A stretch of 64,000 bases of DNA from Acidimicrobiales bacterium. Lineage in GTDB: Bacteria; Actinomycetota; Acidimicrobiia; Acidimicrobiales; DASSOZ01. The stretch spans positions 3,957 to 67,956 of the forward strand of contig DASSOZ010000040.1 in the NCBI GenBank assembly GCA_035700105.1, given 5' to 3'. Below, piece by piece: positions 26,741 through 34,899 of the stretch; position 1 is the first letter of the stretch; every line of letters begins with the position of its first letter. Both the position numbers and the translations under genes were made by a program. The notes below the pieces were generated by a model. It saw only the letters and a list, made by a program, of their open reading frames with translations, searched no databases and was not told the DNA's origin.

Positions 26741-27937
26741 ATGAAGTCGAAGAAGACGGCGAACATCGCGTTCGCCTCCAGCGCGGCCCTGCTCGTCGCC
26801 GCGCTGGTGTGGCTGCTCGTCGGCGTCCCCGCGCTGGTGAAGTACCCGACGGACCTGGAGGCGTCGCCCCAGTACACGGGCACGTTCGCGGTCCTGGTGA
26901 ACCCGACGACGTACGCGCCGCTTCCCGAGCCGACGAAGCTGCCGCTGACGATCGACCGGCACATCGAGGTCGTCGACTCGAGCGGCAGCCGCGCCGTCGT
27001 GGCCGAGACGATCCACCAGAAGGCGGGCACGCTCGTCGACTCGACGCAGCGCAACCAGTACGTCATGGACCGGCGGACGCTGAAGAACGTCAAGGACCCG
27101 CGTGCGTGGGCGTTCGAGCCGTCGAACGTCGTCGACCGTTCGGGCACGTATCGCCTGAACCTCCCGTTCGACACGAAATCCGACGGTGACTACGCCATCT
27201 GGAAGAACGAGTTCGGCAAGCCCTACGAGATGCAGGGCGTGCCCGGCGACTCGACGGCGCTGCGCGCCGGGCTGACGCTGCAGAACCACCGCGGCGAGGC
27301 GACCGACGTCCCGATCACCGACGCGTACTTCGAGGAGCTGACGAAGTCGCTGCCGCTGCCGACGTCGCTGACGCTCGACCAGCTGAAGCCGCAGCTCGCC
27401 GCCGCCGGCTTCGACGTCGACGCGGTGCTGCCGGCGCTGCTGCCGAAGCTGTCGGCCGCGGACGCGGCGACACTGGCGACGCTGGCCGCGAAGCCCATCC
27501 CGCTGCAGTACGTGATGTCCTTCGACGGGCACGCCGCCATCGAGCCGCGCACCGGTGCGGAGGTCGTCGTCGGCGCCACCGAGTCCCTCGGCATCAAGCC
27601 GAGCTCGCCGGACCTGCCCGCCATCCGCGCGCTCCTGCAGAAGTACCGGCAGCTGCCCGAAGCCGTGACCGCGGCGACCGCGCTGGACCGGCTGGCGTCG
27701 TCGGCGATCCCGGTCGTGTCGTACACGTACGAGCAGACGCCCGCGTCGGTGCGCGACATCGCCGCGCAGGTCAAGGACATGCGCCGCCAGGTCATCCTCG
27801 CCACGGTGTGGGTGCCGTCGCTGCTCGCGGGGCTCGCCGGCGTGGCGCTGCTCGTCGGCGCGTGGTCGTGGCCTCGCGGTCCGCGCGCGGGTCGGGCGCG
27901 TGGGCGCGTGGCGGTGCCTCGTCCCGTCCGTACGTGA
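26741..27937 (+). CDS. DUF3068 / PorA-like envelope protein, ~398 aa
   Basis: ORF 26468..27937(+) trimmed to the ATG at 26741. A GTG at 26729, overlapping the upstream stop as GTGA, is an alternative. It has single N- and C-terminal TM helices flanking a large extracytoplasmic domain, as in actinobacterial DUF3068 proteins. Confidence 0.7.
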   Translation: MKSKKTANIAFASSAALLVAALVWLLVGVPALVKYPTDLEASPQYTGTFAVLVNPTTYAPLPEPTKLPLTIDRHIEVVDSSGSRAVVAETIHQKAGTLVDSTQRNQYVMDRRTLKNVKDPRAWAFEPSNVVDRSGTYRLNLPFDTKSDGDYAIWKNEFGKPYEMQGVPGDSTALRAGLTLQNHRGEATDVPITDAYFEELTKSLPLPTSLTLDQLKPQLAAAGFDVDAVLPALLPKLSAADAATLATLAAKPIPLQYVMSFDGHAAIEPRTGAEVVVGATESLGIKPSSPDLPAIRALLQKYRQLPEAVTAATALDRLASSAIPVVSYTYEQTPASVRDIAAQVKDMRRQVILATVWVPSLLAGLAGVALLVGAWSWPRGPRAGRARGRVAVPRPVRT

Positions 27938-28010
27938 CCTCGGGTCGCGGGCGCGCTCGCGATGATTGGGGACTTCCGCCTCGCCGTCTCGGTTCGTAGG
28001 GTGTCCGCCG

Positions 28011-28226
28011 GTGGGCGAGCACGACGAGGTGGAGGTCCGCCTCCGTTTCGACGGTAGGTGGGTCGGGGGATTCGAGATCGCCGGGGTGCACGGCTCGGGG
28101 CCCGACCGCGAGGTCTGGCTCCGCCGGCGGTCCGACGGCGCCGTCCTGCCGGCGCCGTTCCAGGGTCACGAGGTGCGTCGCCTCGGTCCCGTCGGCGGAC
28201 GGGCGCGTCGTCGGCGCGCCGGTTAG
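28011..28226 (+). CDS. small hypothetical protein, 71 aa
   Basis: ORF 27966..28226(+) trimmed to the GTG at 28011 (VGEHDEVEVRLRFDGRWVGGFEIAGV...). Third positions are mostly G/C. Its TAG stop overlaps the TAA stop of the convergent gene by 2 nt. Confidence 0.4.
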   Translation: MGEHDEVEVRLRFDGRWVGGFEIAGVHGSGPDREVWLRRRSDGAVLPAPFQGHEVRRLGPVGGRARRRRAG

Positions 28227-29197
28227 ACCGAGCGCTGCGCGAGGTCGTCGGCGAGCTCGCCGGCGCGCCGCAGCGCGCGTTCCGCAGCTGACGGCGCCGT
28301 GCGTTCGAGACCGTCGGGCGGCGTGACGACGACCGTGTCGGGCAGCTGCTCGCGCGCGAACCCGAGGTGCGACCACAGCGTGATCGCGGGGTCGGGGTCG
28401 TCGACGCCGAGGAACAGCGCGAGGCCGGCGTCGACCGCGTCGCCCAGCGCGTCGAGGTCGACGCCGGTGTCGTCGGCGACGACGTCGTAGCCCAACCACG
28501 CGGCACCGGCACGCTGCACGACGCCGACGGGGACCGGTCCCGCGCGCGCCACGCGCACACCGGCGTGGGCGCCGCCGGCGGCCACGACGAGGGCCAGCAG
28601 CTCCTCGGCGACGGGAGCGTCGACGGCGGGATGCGCCGACCATCCGCTCTGTGTCTTGATGCGGCCGGCCAGGACGAGCGCGAGCAGCGGCTCGTCGATC
28701 TGCACGACGACGTCGGTGACCGCGGGGACCGCCCGCCGGACCGCGGCGACGTGGGCGGCGACACCCTCCGCGAGCGCGCCGGCGAGGTCACGGGCCGCGC
28801 CGGCGTCGGCGAGCACCTTCTCGCCACGCGCCAGCTCGACCGTCGCGCCGAGCGACCACGGCCCCGGGGCGCTGACCTTCACCGGCCCGACCCACTGGCC
28901 GGCGGCCTCCTCGAGCGCGTCGAGCGAGCGGCGCACGCCGTCACGCGCCCGGCGCTCGTCCACACCCGGGCGCGGCACCAGCCGCCATCCGCTCGGCTGC
29001 AGGTCGACGTGGAGGTCGACGAGCAACGCCGCGCCCCGACCGGCGAAGTCGCACCCGACCGTGCCGGCGTTCGGCAGCCACGGCACGAACGGCAGCGAGG
29101 GGCACGTCTCGAACGCGATGCGCGTCGCCCACAACACGTCGTCGCCCGGCATCGGCCCGATGCCGGTCCACGACGCACTGCTCCAACTTCTCGTCAC
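28223..29197 (-). CDS. cobalamin-independent methionine synthase (MetE C-terminal, URO-D-like) family protein, 324 aa
   Basis: ORF 28223..29197(-). The family assignment comes from overall resemblance to actinobacterial proteins annotated as methionine synthase II, and motif support is weak. It uses a rare TAA stop. Confidence 0.5.
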   Translation of the reverse strand: MTRSWSSASWTGIGPMPGDDVLWATRIAFETCPSLPFVPWLPNAGTVGCDFAGRGAALLVDLHVDLQPSGWRLVPRPGVDERRARDGVRRSLDALEEAAGQWVGPVKVSAPGPWSLGATVELARGEKVLADAGAARDLAGALAEGVAAHVAAVRRAVPAVTDVVVQIDEPLLALVLAGRIKTQSGWSAHPAVDAPVAEELLALVVAAGGAHAGVRVARAGPVPVGVVQRAGAAWLGYDVVADDTGVDLDALGDAVDAGLALFLGVDDPDPAITLWSHLGFAREQLPDTVVVTPPDGLERTAPSAAERALRRAGELADDLAQRSV

Positions 29198-29262
29198 CGC
29201 CGACCACCGTATGTGTGGTCAGCGGTGACAAGAACGCGGAGGGGCCGCGAGACTCGCGGGTC

Positions 29263-30633
29263 ATGGCGTCCATCGGCGACCTGCTCAGCGACGCGCTCGG
29301 CGGCGACCGCGTCCTGACCGGCGACGCGATCGGCGACGACTACGCGAGCGACGAGGCGCTCACCGCGGTTGCGACGATGCCGGCCGCCGTCGTCCTGCCG
29401 CAGTCGACGGCCGACGTCGCCACGGCCCTGCGGATCTGCGACGAGCAGCGCGTCCCGGTCACCGCGCGCGGCAGCGGCACCGGCCTGAGCGGTGCGGCGG
29501 TGCCCGTCGCCGGTGGCGTGGTCGTCAGCTTCGAGCGCATGCGGCGCGTCGTCGAGATCGACACCGCCAACCACGTCGCCGTCGTGCAACCCGGCGTGAC
29601 GCTCGCCGAGCTCGACGAGGTCACCTCGCAGCACGGGCTCGTCTATCCCGTGTTCCCCGGCGAGTACAGCGCGTCGCTCGGCGGCAACGTCGCCACGAAC
29701 GCCGGCGGCATGCGGGCCGTGAAGTACGGCGTCACCCGGCACCAGGTGCTCGGTCTCGAGGCGGTGCTGGCGAACGGCGAGGTGATCCGGACGGGCGGTC
29801 GGTTCGTGAAGGCGTCGACCGGCTACGACCTCACGCAGCTCATCGTCGGAAGTGAGGGCACGCTCGCGCTCGTGACCGAGGCGACGCTCCGGCTGTACCC
29901 CCGCCCCGCGCACCAGGCGACGGTGATGGCACCGTTCCGCACGCTCGACGAGGTCACCGACGCCGTGCCGAAGATCGTGGCGAGCGGCATCGGGCCGCTC
30001 ATCGTCGAGTACATCGACATGCTCACGCTGTCGGCGATCACCGGCCACACCGGCCTCGACCTCGGCATCCCCGAGGACGTGAAGTCGAGCGCGCTCGCCC
30101 ACCTCGTCGTGATGATGGAGAACGCGCACGCCGACCGTCTCGACGAGGACGTGCAGACGCTCGCCACCCAGCTCCACGAACTCGGCGCGATGGACGTCTA
30201 CGTCCTCCCGCCGACCGCCGCGGTCGGGCTGATCGAGGCGCGGGAGAAGGCGTTCTGGGTCGCCAAGGCCAACGGCGCCGACGACATCGTCGACATCGTG
30301 ATCCCGCGTGCGTCGATGGCGGAGTTCATGGCCAAGGTCGGCGACCTCGCCACCGAGCACGGGTCCTGGATCGCCGGCTGCGGTCACGCCGGGGACGGCA
30401 ACGTCCACCTCAGCGTGTTCCAGAAGGATCGCGACAAGCGTGACGCCACGCTGCGCGGGCTGTTCGACCTCGGCATGTCGCTCGGCGGCGCGATCAGCGG
30501 CGAGCACGGACTGGGCACGACCAAGCGCAAGTGGTTCCTCGAGCTCGAGGACCCGGCCAAGGTCGCGCTCATGCGCCGCATCAAGGGGGCGTTCGACCCC
30601 AACGGCATCCTCAACCCGGAGACGATCTTCTGA
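29263..30633 (+). CDS. FAD-binding oxidoreductase (GlcD / D-lactate dehydrogenase family), 456 aa
   Basis: ORF 29215..30633(+) trimmed to the ATG at 29263. The PCMH-type FAD domain shows ARGSGTGLSG. The C-terminal motif is GEHGLGTTKRKW. Confidence 0.85.
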   Translation: MASIGDLLSDALGGDRVLTGDAIGDDYASDEALTAVATMPAAVVLPQSTADVATALRICDEQRVPVTARGSGTGLSGAAVPVAGGVVVSFERMRRVVEIDTANHVAVVQPGVTLAELDEVTSQHGLVYPVFPGEYSASLGGNVATNAGGMRAVKYGVTRHQVLGLEAVLANGEVIRTGGRFVKASTGYDLTQLIVGSEGTLALVTEATLRLYPRPAHQATVMAPFRTLDEVTDAVPKIVASGIGPLIVEYIDMLTLSAITGHTGLDLGIPEDVKSSALAHLVVMMENAHADRLDEDVQTLATQLHELGAMDVYVLPPTAAVGLIEAREKAFWVAKANGADDIVDIVIPRASMAEFMAKVGDLATEHGSWIAGCGHAGDGNVHLSVFQKDRDKRDATLRGLFDLGMSLGGAISGEHGLGTTKRKWFLELEDPAKVALMRRIKGAFDPNGILNPETIF

Positions 30634-32180
30634 TGAACGGTGCGCAGGCGATGATCCGCACGCTCGTCGGCGCCGGCGTCGACGTGTGCTTCACCAACCC
30701 GGGTACGTCGGAGATGCACTTCGTCGCCGCGCTCGACGACGTCGCCGAGATGCGCGCCGTGCTCGGCCTGTTCGAGGGCGTCGTCACCGGCGCCGCCGAC
30801 GGGTACGCGCGCATGTCCGGCCGTCCGGCGGCGACGCTGCTGCACCTCGGGCCCGGTCTCGCCAACGGCATGGCCAACCTGCACAACGCCCGGCGCGCCC
30901 GCACGCCCGTCGTCAACATCGTCGGCGACCACGCGCTCACGCACCAGCAGTACGACGCGCCGCTCGCGTCGGACATCGAGACCGCGGCGCGCAACGTCAG
31001 CGCGTGGTACCGCATGTCGCAATCGCCTCGCGACGTCGCCCGCGACGCCGCCGACGCCGTCGCCGCAGCCATGGGACCGCCGGGACAGGTCGCCACACTC
31101 GTGCTGCCCGCGGACGTCTCGTGGTCCGACGGCGCCGACGTCGAGCCCGCCCCACCCCGCCGGCGCCGCAACGAGATCGACGACGACACCGTCGCCGATG
31201 TCGCCAAGGTCCTGCAGTCGGGCGAGCCGTGCGCGCTGCTCCTCGGCGGGAGCGCGACGACGGCCGCAGCACTGGTTGCCGCATCGCGCGTCGCATCGGC
31301 GACCCGGGCCAAGCTGCTCGGCGAGACGTTCCCGGCACGACTCGAGCGCGGTGCCGGCATCCCGGCCGTCGAGCGGCTCGGCTACCTCGCCGAGTTCGCA
31401 GCGATGCAGCTCGCCGGCGTGCGCCACCTCGTCCTCGTCGACGCGAAGGCGCCGGTGTCGTTCTTCGCCTATCCCGGCAAGGCCAGCTACCTCGTGCCCG
31501 ACCTGTGCGAGGTCCACGTCCTCGCCGACCCGGCGAACGGTGACGACGCGACCGACGCGCTCGCCCGCCTGGCCGAGCGGGTCGCGCCCGGCACCGACGC
31601 GGTCACGCAGGAGGCGATCCGCCCCGACCGGCCGACCGGCGCGCTGACCGGCGAGACGATCGCCGCCGCCGTCGGCGCGCTGCTGCCGGAGGGCGCGATC
31701 GTGAGCGACGAGGCCAACACCGCCGGCCTGTGGCTCGCCGGCGCCACCGCCGGTGCGCCGCCGCACGACTGGCTCACGCTCACCGGTGGCGCGATCGGTC
31801 AGGGCATGCCGGTCGCGACCGGCGCCGCCGTCGCCTGCCCGGACCGCAAGGTCGTGTCGCTCGAGGCCGACGGCAGCGCCATGTACACGATCCAGTCGCT
31901 GTGGACGCAGGTGCGCGAGGACCTCGACGTGACCACCGTCATCTTCGACAACCGGTCCTACGCCATCCTCAACATGGAGCTGTCGCGCACGGGCGCCGGG
32001 ACGGGCGGGCCGAAGGCGCTCTCCATGCTGGACCTCGCCCGTCCCGACCTCGACTTCGCGCAGATCGCGACGGGCATGGGTGTCGACGCCGTGCGCGTCG
32101 ACACGGCCGAGGACTTCACCGCCGCGTTCGAGCGCGCCACGTCGACGCGCGGCCAGCACCTCATCGACGCCGTCATCTGA
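30633..32180 (+). CDS. thiamine-pyrophosphate-dependent enzyme (acetolactate synthase large-subunit-like), 515 aa
   Basis: ORF 30531..32180(+) trimmed to the ATG at 30633, which shares one base with the upstream stop (TGATG). The N-terminal Pyr domain shows GVDVCFTNPGTSEMHF. The TPP-binding region shows GAIGQGMPVATGAA...LEADGSAMYT. Confidence 0.85.
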   Translation: MNGAQAMIRTLVGAGVDVCFTNPGTSEMHFVAALDDVAEMRAVLGLFEGVVTGAADGYARMSGRPAATLLHLGPGLANGMANLHNARRARTPVVNIVGDHALTHQQYDAPLASDIETAARNVSAWYRMSQSPRDVARDAADAVAAAMGPPGQVATLVLPADVSWSDGADVEPAPPRRRRNEIDDDTVADVAKVLQSGEPCALLLGGSATTAAALVAASRVASATRAKLLGETFPARLERGAGIPAVERLGYLAEFAAMQLAGVRHLVLVDAKAPVSFFAYPGKASYLVPDLCEVHVLADPANGDDATDALARLAERVAPGTDAVTQEAIRPDRPTGALTGETIAAAVGALLPEGAIVSDEANTAGLWLAGATAGAPPHDWLTLTGGAIGQGMPVATGAAVACPDRKVVSLEADGSAMYTIQSLWTQVREDLDVTTVIFDNRSYAILNMELSRTGAGTGGPKALSMLDLARPDLDFAQIATGMGVDAVRVDTAEDFTAAFERATSTRGQHLIDAVI

Positions 32181-32325
32181 CGACGGCGACCCGCGTGGTC
32201 GCGCCGCGCGGGCGCGCATCCTCCCACATACTCGTGTTTTCGTGTCCGAGTTGACCGAAGAACTGCGAGTGCGTGGGAGGATGCGGAACGGCGATCGACG
32301 CCGTCATCGCCGCGTCATCTGACGA
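32163..32325. repeat. duplicated 21-mer bracketing a ~110-bp lower-GC segment that carries a 13-bp inverted repeat
   Basis: ATCGACGCCGTCATC occurs at 32163..32177 and 32294..32308. GTCATCTGACGA occurs at 32172..32183 and 32314..32325. The inverted repeat is CGCATCCTCCCAC (32215..32227) / GTGGGAGGATGCG (32273..32285). Confidence 0.8.
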
Positions 32326-33595
32326 GTGTCGTGATTCCGTGGATCGCCAGCCCGGCGATCCCGCCGACGACCGTGCCGTTGATGCGGATGAACTGCAGGT
32401 CGCGCCCGAGCAGGAGCTCGAGCTTGTCCGACGTCTCCTCGGCGTCCCAGCGCGAGATCGTCGCCGTCACCAACGAGCCGATCTCGTCGTGGAACCGCTC
32501 GGCGACGAGGCGCACCGTGCGCTCGGCGAGCTCGTCGGCGGTGCGGGCCAGGTCGGCGTCGTCGTGCAGCCGCGCACCCAGGGCACGCGCCGCGTCCGCG
32601 ACGCGCGCCCGCAGGGGCGACGACGGGTCCTGCGCCTGGGACCGCAACCCGGCGCGCACGTCGGTCCACAGCGACGCCGTCCACCGCCGCAGCTCGGGGT
32701 GAGCGAGCACGTCCTGCTTCACCTCGTCGATGCGGGCGACGAGCGCCGGGTCGGTCGTCAACCGGTCGGTGAACGACGCGACCCAGTCGTCGAAGCGCAC
32801 CCGGAGCTCGTGGTCGGGGTCGGCGTTGACGTCGCGCAGGAACGCGCAGAAGCCGTCGAGCAGCCGCTCGAAGATGCGGTCCTGCGCGGCGTCGGGCAGC
32901 CACCACGGCGACTCCTGGCCGAAGCGGTCCCGCAGCGACTCGCGGTTGTCCTCGAGCGTGTGCTCGATCCCGGCGAGCATCGCGTCGAACAGTTCGTGGT
33001 GGCGACCGGACTCGGTCATCGCCCGCATCACCCGGGCGCCGAGCGGCGCGAGCTCGATCCGGTCGAGCGCGCTCGCCAGCTCGGTCTCGACGAGGCGGTG
33101 CACGTCCTCCTCGCGCACGACGTCGGCGAGCCCGACGAGCGTGCCGGTGACCTGCCCGGCGACCGACTCGGCGTTGCCGGGCGCGGTGAGCCACGCCGAC
33201 GCGCGATCAGCGAGGTGCGCGGTGCGCACGCGTGACACGACGACGTCGGGCGTGAGGAAGTTGTCCTGCACGAACGCGCCGAGCGTCGCCCCGAACTGGT
33301 CCTTGCGCTCGCGGATCACGGCGGTGTGCGGGATCGGGACGCCGAGCGGGTGACGGAACAGTGCCGTCACCGCGAACCAGTCGGCGAGCCCGCCGACCAT
33401 GGACGCCTCGGCGCCGGCGCGCACCCACTCGCCCCATCCGTGGTCACCGCCGAACACGACGGCGACGACGTACACCGCCGTCATCACGACGAGCACACCG
33501 GTCGCCCGGCGCTGCATCCGCCGCAGATCGCGACGACGCCCCGCCTCGTTGGAAACGGGCGGGGCGTCGGCGGTTGTTGCGGTCGTCACGGGCAA
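32315..33595 (-). CDS. DUF445 domain membrane protein (YjiN-like), 426 aa
   Basis: ORF 32315..33595(-). An N-terminal TM segment is followed by GGLADWFAVTALFRHPLGVPIPHTAVI. The C-terminal block FIRINGTVVGGIAGL is typical of DUF445. Confidence 0.75.
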   Translation of the reverse strand: MPVTTATTADAPPVSNEAGRRRDLRRMQRRATGVLVVMTAVYVVAVVFGGDHGWGEWVRAGAEASMVGGLADWFAVTALFRHPLGVPIPHTAVIRERKDQFGATLGAFVQDNFLTPDVVVSRVRTAHLADRASAWLTAPGNAESVAGQVTGTLVGLADVVREEDVHRLVETELASALDRIELAPLGARVMRAMTESGRHHELFDAMLAGIEHTLEDNRESLRDRFGQESPWWLPDAAQDRIFERLLDGFCAFLRDVNADPDHELRVRFDDWVASFTDRLTTDPALVARIDEVKQDVLAHPELRRWTASLWTDVRAGLRSQAQDPSSPLRARVADAARALGARLHDDADLARTADELAERTVRLVAERFHDEIGSLVTATISRWDAEETSDKLELLLGRDLQFIRINGTVVGGIAGLAIHGITTLVR

Positions 33596-33628
33596 CAGCG
33601 TTACCCGTGGCGGGTCATGCAGCGCAGG

Positions 33629-34195
33629 TCACACGGTGTGCTCGGCGACCAGCGGCTCGACGTGGAGCTTGTAACCCAGCCTCGGGATCGACAGGGCGCC
33701 GAGGGCGACACCCAGGCCGGCCGTCGCGAAGCCGAGGACGATGATCATCAGGCCGAGGCCCATCACCAGGTCGGCGACGTTGAAGGCCATGATCGAGCTG
33801 TACAGGCTCGTCCGCAGGTTGGCGGCGGTGAGGGCCGTGTTGCGCAGGTTGTTGGCAACCGGCTTGCCGGTGGCGTCGAGGACCGCAGCCTTGGCGTCAT
33901 CCGTGCCCTTGGGCGTGCCTTCCTTGTTGGCGAAGCGGCCCATCTCCGAGTAGGTCAGGCCACCGGTCGCCTCGAGGGCGTGGTGGTTGATGATGTCCGC
34001 CATCACCTTGGCGCTCGAGGCGCTGTTGACCTGGACGCCGGGGACCCGGGCGTCGTCGGGGGTGACGATGTTCTGGGCGACCAGCTCGCTCTTCACCTGG
34101 TCCTTCGCGTCCCAGCCACGCTTGATCGTGTAGCCGCCGGCGGCGAGGAACACGAGTCCGACGATCATCAGTGCGATGGGGAATGCCTTCTTCAC
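33629..34195 (-). CDS. membrane protein with N- and C-terminal TM helices, 188 aa
   Basis: ORF 33629..34873(-) trimmed to the GTG at 34195, preceded by the strong SD GGGAGGA. Composition is Lys-rich with strongly biased codon use, suggesting good expression. I cannot name a family. Confidence 0.7.
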   Translation of the reverse strand: MKKAFPIALMIVGLVFLAAGGYTIKRGWDAKDQVKSELVAQNIVTPDDARVPGVQVNSASSAKVMADIINHHALEATGGLTYSEMGRFANKEGTPKGTDDAKAAVLDATGKPVANNLRNTALTAANLRTSLYSSIMAFNVADLVMGLGLMIIVLGFATAGLGVALGALSIPRLGYKLHVEPLVAEHTV

Positions 34196-34434
34196 GGGAT
34201 CCTCCCTGGATCTTCTCGGCGATCCGCTCTCCCGAACCGCTTGATCACACGATCGACGATTCCGCTTCGGGTTTCGCCGGTCGTAGGTCATCAAGACGGC
34301 GGCGTTGGTCCGGGACCTTGTGCCTCGCGAATCCGGGACCCCGGCGGGACGTTTGCGCCCGGTCCCGTACCGTCTGGGCGGAATCCGGTGAACATCCCCG
34401 GAGGAATCGCGATGCCGGCGGCGAACGGCCGCGC

Positions 34435-34863
34435 ATGGTGATCGGAATGGTGATCGGCGGTGGACTCGGATGGCTCGCCGTCCAGCACACCGCGGACGGG
34501 TCGATGGCGCGCTTCGTCGTCGACGAGCGCACCGCGTGGCTCTACGTGGCCGCGCTGGTCGGCGCGTTGTGGATGGGCGCGCTGGCCAACCCCCGTGGGG
34601 TCGCGGGGGCCGCCGGAGGCCTCGCCGTCGGACTGATCGTCGCGGCAACGCTGACGTTGCGGCCGGCGACGGCCGGCGCGTCCGGCACCGTCGTGGATCT
34701 CGGTCCGCCGCTCGCGGTCGCCGCGGCGGGCGCGCTCGGTGTCGCGCTGCTGTCGACGTTGCACCCGGCGCGTGACCGGCGTCACCACGCGCACGACGTG
34801 CGCCGGCCGTGGTCACGCCGCGCCCGGCGCGAGCAGGCGACGCTCTTCCAAGTCCGTCACTAG
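34435..34863 (+). CDS. hypothetical membrane protein, 142 aa
   Basis: ORF 34171..34863(+) trimmed to the ATG at 34435 (MVIGMVIGGGLGWLAV...). About four hydrophobic segments. The start is uncertain (see the uORF finding). Confidence 0.45.
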   Translation: MVIGMVIGGGLGWLAVQHTADGSMARFVVDERTAWLYVAALVGALWMGALANPRGVAGAAGGLAVGLIVAATLTLRPATAGASGTVVDLGPPLAVAAAGALGVALLSTLHPARDRRHHAHDVRRPWSRRARREQATLFQVRH

Positions 34864-34899
34864 CCACTCGCACACGACCGCCAAGCGGCGCACCGCAGA

